Assembly: GCA_963740355.1 (NCBI GenBank)
Contig: CAVUDW010000003.1
Location: forward strand, 448,001 to 512,000
Direction of reading: 5' to 3'
Source: an uncultured Gemmatimonadaceae bacterium
GTDB taxonomy: Bacteria; Gemmatimonadota; Gemmatimonadetes; Gemmatimonadales; Gemmatimonadaceae
Length of the DNA: 64,000 nucleotides
Part shown: positions 58,163 through 64,000 of the stretch, piece by piece
How the letters are laid out: the number at the start of each line of letters is the position of its first letter
Numbering within the stretch: the stretch's first letter is position 1
Program-made: the position numbers and the translations under genes
Notes under the pieces: model-generated
Databases searched by the model: none
What the model was told of the DNA's origin: nothing
The model's input: the letters and a program-made list of their open reading frames with translations, nothing else

Positions 58163-60440
58163 TCAGCGGCTCTGCCACGGCGTCCACCGCCAGTCGCGCA
58201 CCTCTTTCATATCCTCGCCATGCTCGATCACGTACTCCCTGTGGCGGGCGATGGTGGCATCGTATCGCGCCGTGGCCCCGGCAACGAGATGCTGCAGTCG
58301 TGGAATGCGGCGGATCGCGTCCAACGCCAGGCGGTAGCGATCGACCTCGTTCAGCACGACCTGATCGAACGGTGTCGTCGTCGTGCCTTCGTCGATGTAG
58401 CCGCGAACGTGAATGTTCGCGTGGTTGGTCCGGCGATGCGTCAGCTTGTGGATCATCGCCGGGAAGCCGTGAAACGCGAAGATCAGGCGTGTCGGTCGTG
58501 AACAGCGCGTCGAACTGGCGATCGTCCAGGCCGTGGGTGTGCTCGCTGCCCGGCTGGAGCACCATCAGGTCGACGACATTGACGACGCGGACGCGCAGGT
58601 CGGGGACATAGTCGTGCAGCAACATGACGGCCGCCAGCGCCTCAAGCGTCGGCACGTCACCGGCGCAGGCCATCACGACCTCGGGCTCGCCCGCATCGCT
58701 GGCCCAGTCCCAGATACCCGCGCCCGCGGTGCAGTGGCGGACCGCTTCGTCCATCGTCAGCCACTGCCATTCGGGCTGCTTGCCGGCGATGATCAGTTGA
58801 CATAGCCTCGGCTGCGTAGCGCGTGATCGGCGACCGACAGCAGGCAGTTCGCATCCGGCGGCAGATAGATACGCGCGACGTCGGACGTTCGGTTGGCGAT
58901 ATGATCGATGAAGCCGGGGTCCTGGTGCGACTGGCCATTATGGTCCTGTCGCCAGACGTGAGAGGTCAGCAGATAGTTGAGCGACGCGACGGGCCTGCGC
59001 CACGCGATCCCGTTGCTGACCTTCAGCCACTTCGCATGCTGGTTGACCATCGAATCGACGATGTGGACGAACGCTTCGTAGCACGAGAACAGCCCGTGCC
59101 GCCCGGTCAGCAGATACCCCTCCAGCCAGCCCTGGCACAGATGCTCGCTTAGTACCTCCATCACGCGGCCATCCTGCGCGAGGTTGATATCAAGCGGCTG
59201 GGTTTCGGCCATCCACGTCTTGCCCGACACGGCATAGGTTGCGTCAAGCCGGTTCGACGCGGTCTCGTCAGGGCCGAACAGGCGAAAGTTTGCCGCGTCG
59301 AGGTTGAGCTTCATGACTTCGCGCAGGTACGAGCCGAGCACTCGGGTCGCCTCAGCCGACGTCGCGCCGGGCGCAGGGAAGCGCAACCGCATAGTTTCGA
59401 AAATCGGGCAGCGAGAGTGGCTTCAGCAGCGTCCCGCCATTGGCATGCGGGTTCGATCCCATCCGCCGTCGTCCGGTTGGCGCGAGCGAGGCATAATCCT
59501 CGCGCGCCTGTCGTCGTCGAACAGCTCGCCGTGCCTGTAGCTTTGCATCCAGTCTTCGAGCAACTCCAGGTGGCCGGGCTTGCTGAAATCCGAGATGGGT
59601 ACCTGGTGCGATCGCCACGTGCCCTCGACCGGCTTGCCGTCGACAAACTTCGGGCCGGTCCAGCCCTTCGGCGTTCCAAAGACGATCATCGGCCAGCGCG
59701 GGCGTCAGCGCAACTTGTACCGATCCCGGCCCAAGCGCCCGGCTGACTCGCGCTTATCTGCGCCAGTACGATGTCGAGTGTTCCGGCCAGCTGTTGGTGG
59801 AAGGCGTCGGATCGTCCCTTCAACAAAATGCGGCTCATAACCGTAGCCGCCAAACAGGGCGATCAGTTCGAGGCGGGGGATACGCTCAAGCATCGTCGGA
59901 TTGGCGATCTTGAAGCCGTTGAGTGCAGGATCGGCAACACTGCACCATCGCGGGCTGGGTTCAGGAATTTGTTGGAGTGCCAGCTGCCGGCCAACGCAGC
60001 CGTCTCAGCCTCGCCGTCACCAATAACGCAAGCGACGATCAGGTCCGGATTGTCAAACGCAGCGCCATAGGCATGCGCAAGCGAATAGCCGAGTTCGCCA
60101 CCTTCATGGATAGATCCGGGAATTTCGGGCGACACATGGCTCGATACGCCACACGGCCACGAAATTGGCGAACAGGCGATGCATACCGTCGCGGTGGCGC
60201 TTGATCGCCGGATAGGTCTCGGTATAGGTGCCCTCGAGATAGGTATTGGCGACGAGCCCCGGGCCGCCGTGACCGGGTCCGATGACGTAGATCATGTCCA
60301 GATCGTGCTCGACGATCAGCCGGTTGAGATGGACGTAAAGCAAGTTGAGACCCGGCGTCGTACCCCAGTGGCCGAGCAGACGCGGCTTGATGTCGGCCAG
60401 CGTCAGCGGCCGTTCGAGCAGCGGATTGTCGCGGAGGTAT
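58163..60440 (-). pseudogene. xfp: Phosphoketolase, heavily frameshifted and lacking its N-terminus
   Basis: [82 protein letters not shown]. Confidence 0.9.
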
Positions 60441-62642
60441 CGCGACGACGATGGTGCTCACGGACATCAGAATGGCGCCGACCGCCGGCGTCAGCACGAT
60501 GCCCCACGGCGCCAGCACACCCGCTGCGAGCGGAATCGCGACAATGTTGTAGCCCGCCGCCCACCACAGATTCTGGCGCATCTTGGCATACGTGGCGCGC
60601 GAGAGGTTGATGATGCGCGGCACATCGCGGGGATCGCTGCGCACCAGCACGATGTCGCCTGCCTCCACCGCGACGTCGGTCCCCGCGCCAATCGCGATAC
60701 CCACATCAGCCGTCACCAGCGCCGGTGCATCGTTCACCCCGTCGCCGACCATCGCCACGCGCTTGCCCTGCGCCTGCAGCTTCTGAATCTCCGCCGCTTT
60801 GCCTTCCGGCAACACCTGAGCAAGGACCGTGGTGATGCCAACCTCGTGTGCCACGGCGTCGGCGACGGCCTTTGCATCACCCGTCATCATCACGACCTCG
60901 ACACCCGCGTCCTGCAGCTGCTTCACGGCATCTGCGGCCTCTGGACGAATCGCGTCGGCCACGGCAAAGCTGGCGAGGACGACCGTGCCTTCGACGAGCG
61001 ATATCACGGCTTGCCCGAGTGCCGCCGCCTCGGTCGCGAACTCTCCGAACTCCGGTGCCGGCGAGACCTTGAGATCCGCCAGGAGGTTGGGGCCACCGGC
61101 CGACAGCGACCCGCCGGACACAGTGGCACTCACGCCACGGCCCGGAATCGTCGTGAAGTTCGTCGCAGCAGGCACCTCGAGCTTCCGATCCGCCGCGCTC
61201 TGCACGATGGCCTTCGCGACGGGATGCTCGGCATCGCGTTCCATGGAGGCTGCCAGACGCAGCGCCTCGTCCTCGCTGAGTCCTGACGTCGTGCGCACGC
61301 CCACGACACGGTGCTGGCCAAGTGTCAGGGTTCCCGTCTTGTCAAACACCACCGCCGTCAGGTTGCGCGCCTCTTCGAGGCCACGCCGGTCGCGAATCAA
61401 CAAGCCGTTCCTGGCGCCCATCGTCGTGGAAATCGCGAGCACGAGTGGCACCGCGAGGCCGAGCGCATGCGGGCACGCAATCACAAGCACCGTCACCAAT
61501 CGCTCGACGGCGGTGGCGAGCGTCGCACCGGACAGCAGCCACGCGGCGAAGGTGATGGCTCCGGCACCGAGCGCGACCCAGGTCAGCCAGAACGCCGCAC
61601 GATCCGCCAGCACCTGCGCGCCCGACTTCGACTTCTGTGCCTCAGCGACGAGGCGCATGATACCCGCCAGCGCGGTACGATCACCGGTACCCGTCACCGT
61701 GACCCGCAGAGAGCCGGCGCCGTTCACCGTACCGGCAATCACCTTCGCCTGTGCGGTCTTCTCGACCGGTGCCGATTCACCAGTGATCAGCGACTCATCG
61801 ACCTTACTCGTGCCGGACACCACCACACCATCGGCCGGCACATTCGCGCCCGGTCGCACGAGTACGGTATCGCCATCGTGCAGCTCGCTAATCGGCACGT
61901 CCTCGGTGGTCTCGGCACTGCCTTCACCGGTCACACGGACGGCCGTTGTCGGCAGCAACTTCGCGAGTTCGCCGAGGGCGCCTTCTGCCTGCGCCACCGA
62001 GCGCATCTCGAGCCAATGCCCGAGCAACATGATCGTGATCAGTGTTGCCAGCTCCTCCCACAACGGCATGGCGGGAAAGCCGAGGGCGACTGCTGCGCTG
62101 AATACAAAAGCCACGCTGATGGCGAGCGCAATCAGCGTCATCATGGCGGGCTGGCGATCCTTGATCTCGCCGACAGCACCGCGCAGAAACGGCGCGCCGC
62201 CGTAGACGAACAGCGCCGTGCCGAAGAGCGCCGGGATCCAGTGCGACCCAGTGAACGACGGCGGTGTGAAGCCCAGCGCGTCCGGGAGCATGTGCCCCCA
62301 GATCAGCGGCGGAATGGTCAGTGCAAGCGAAATCCAGAACTTGTCGCGGAACATCGCGACCGAGTGGCCAGCATGCTTGTCGTGGCCAGCGTGTTCGTCG
62401 TGCCCACCGTGCCCGGCGTGCGGATCAGGCGTCGTGTGCGTCGCCCCCCGTTTCATGCCGTGATCGGTGGCCATCTCGTGGCCCGCGTGCGTCTCTTGTG
62501 CGGTGTCGGTGTTCGGACTCGCCGTCGCGACCGTCTTCGGGGCCTCGGTGTGCCCGTCATGATCCGCATTCGGCGACACGCCGGACGCATCGACCGTCGA
62601 CGGAACGTCAAGCACGTGCGGTAGTCCATCTGGCTCACTCAT
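60440..62642 (-). CDS. copB: P1B-type copper-exporting ATPase (CPH type, His-rich N-terminus); last few codons replaced
   Basis: [28 protein letters not shown] and MSVST; N-terminal HAGH repeats. Confidence 0.92.
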
Positions 62643-62868
62643 GCGCTCGCCACCGGCAGAAGAACATGATGCGCGTCGTGCGGCCAGAATGCTCGGCGCG
62701 CGACGGCAGCAAGACTACCAGTCTACACGATGACGAGACGCATCCTTGGCTGTGCTTGCCACACTCACGCGCGAAGATGCGTCGCGGAGACTTATCGGTG
62801 TAGGTGCGCGAGTGCGTCCACGTCATCGCGCGCGACGACGACCGGATCGACGGGACGAGCACATTGAT

Positions 62869-63138
62869 TCATCGCCCCTCGATATCCCGTTCCCCTGGGA
62901 CGACACGCGTACGCCGGCCTTCGCCCGGGTGACTGATCGCCTCGTACAGGCGTTCACCTTTGAGCAGCAACTCCTGCATCAAGCCGGTGAACTCGACGGG
63001 CGTGAGCTCGCTGGCCGTTTGGGGGACCAGGCCTTTGAGCAGCGCGATTCGGTCCGCGAGCGGGAGTTGATTCGCATGGTCGATCAGCGCACGCAAGGCG
63101 GTGTAGTTGAGATTCGCGGTCTCTGCACTCGTCGTCAT
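62869..63138 (-). CDS. Small hypothetical protein in the copper operon
   Basis: 89 aa, starts 6 nt after the copZ stop, helical composition. Confidence 0.65.
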   Translation of the reverse strand: MTTSAETANLNYTALRALIDHANQLPLADRIALLKGLVPQTASELTPVEFTGLMQELLLKGERLYEAISHPGEGRRTRVVPGERDIEGR

Positions 63139-63144
63139 CGTCGC

Positions 63145-63351
63145 TTACCCCGCCGCGACGGCAAATCCCGCCTGCACAATCGCGTCACGCAGCGCGGCAG
63201 GATTCGTGGATTCGGGGTCATACGTCACTGCGGCGGCACCAACTGTCACGTTCGTGTCGGTCACACCGGGCACGTTCGTGAGCGCGCGACGAACACTGTT
63301 CACGCACCCGCCACAACTCATTCCTGTGATCGATATTGTTGTCTGCTCCAT
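63145..63351 (-). CDS. copZ: Heavy-metal-associated copper chaperone
   Basis: GMSCGGC HMA motif, 68 aa, GGAG RBS. Confidence 0.9.
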   Translation of the reverse strand: MEQTTISITGMSCGGCVNSVRRALTNVPGVTDTNVTVGAAAVTYDPESTNPAALRDAIVQAGFAVAAG

Positions 63352-63631
63352 TGCTGTCTCCGGTCGTGACGCTGGATGAGCGTACAGGCACTAACACGGC
63401 TCTCGCCTCAACAAGGTACCGTCTGCAGCATTACCCGCTCGTCACGAGCTTCGGTCCACGACGCATCATCCGCGGTCATGAACAATGCATGTGCACGCTG
63501 ATCTGGCGACGCGTCGACGGCGAACGAGCCCTACCGCTGGAATCGCGTATCGGTACGGCTGCCACGTGGAATACCCGCAGCGGTGGCCGGCAGCATCGTC
63601 GCGCACAAGACGACGCGAGGCTCTCCAGCCC

Positions 63632-64000
63632 TCAGCGGTCGAGATCGCGGATCAGTTCCTTCATCTCGGCGATCTCGCGCACCTGTGCCTCGATGATCCC
63701 GTCGGCCAGTTTCCGGACGCGGGGATCGGAAATGTGCGCGCGCTCGCTCGTCAGGATGGCAATCGAGTGATGTGGGATCATCGCCTTCATCCACGACACA
63801 TCTGTCACCGTGGCCTGGCTCCGCACGAGCCAGAGCGCGACGGTAAACACCAATGCGCTCCCGCCAAGGATCCAGGCGTTCAGTCGAGTATAGCTGTACA
63901 TGCCGCGCATGGACACGAGCATGATCACTGCCATGGTGGCGCCCATCACGACTGCCATCCAGGCGCGTGTCTGGCTGAAGAACACATGGTCCAGCGCATA
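63632..64000 (-). CDS. DUF305-domain (CopM-like) membrane protein, 5' end beyond the window
   Basis: WMKAMIPHHSIAILTSERA...IIEAQVREIAEM after TM helices. Confidence 0.85.
   Translation of the reverse strand, partial: YALDHVFFSQTRAWMAVVMGATMAVIMLVSMRGMYSYTRLNAWILGGSALVFTVALWLVRSQATVTDVSWMKAMIPHHSIAILTSERAHISDPRVRKLADGIIEAQVREIAEMKELIRDLDR

Noticed and set aside
60039..60440. Novel C-terminal domain on CopB
   Set aside because: It is out-of-frame phosphoketolase sequence beyond the junction.

Overview
A high-GC, accessory-type region; the gene content suggests Gemmatimonadota, but that is an inference. It reads as a mosaic of island-like blocks. (1) 1-17.9 kb: an envelope/efflux block (Omp85-like porin, two PAP2 phosphatases, CusRS-like two-component pair, YncE-like propeller, RND-MFP-TolC, PepSY), followed by a PD40 protein and a LytS/LytTR pair. 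(2) About 18.9 kb: a 3'-half tRNA-Pro(GGG) att site with IHF-like and arm-like repeats on both sides, probably a junction between tandem islands. (3) 19-33.4 kb: a redox/hydrolase cluster (3 aldo/keto reductases, cupins, carboxylesterase, IorAB, sorbosone dehydrogenase, lactonase-like) with a second LytS/LytTR pair and visible LytTR-type direct-repeat boxes. It ends in a scar that repeats 101 bp of the first LytTR gene. (4) 34-47 kb: a defence island with a PD-(D/E)XK-like nuclease, a SEFIR protein, DUF3800, Gabija-like gajA/gajB and type I R-M hsdMSR. (5) 47.4-53.6 kb: a GTACCGGTAC palindrome cluster, a ParB-N/DGQHR protein, an unusually large (about 830-870 aa) divergent tyrosine recombinase and a small excisionase-like HTH gene. 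This is the best candidate for an undescribed system. (6) 53.6-64 kb: a copper/mercury cluster (truncated merC, Csp3-like, Met-rich lipoprotein, CopB, CopZ, DUF305) interrupted by frameshifted glucoamylase-family, archaeal-type GAPDH and phosphoketolase genes. Many frameshifts look like long-read consensus errors. No CRISPR array or rRNA was seen. All family calls come from motif recognition by eye, not from database searches.
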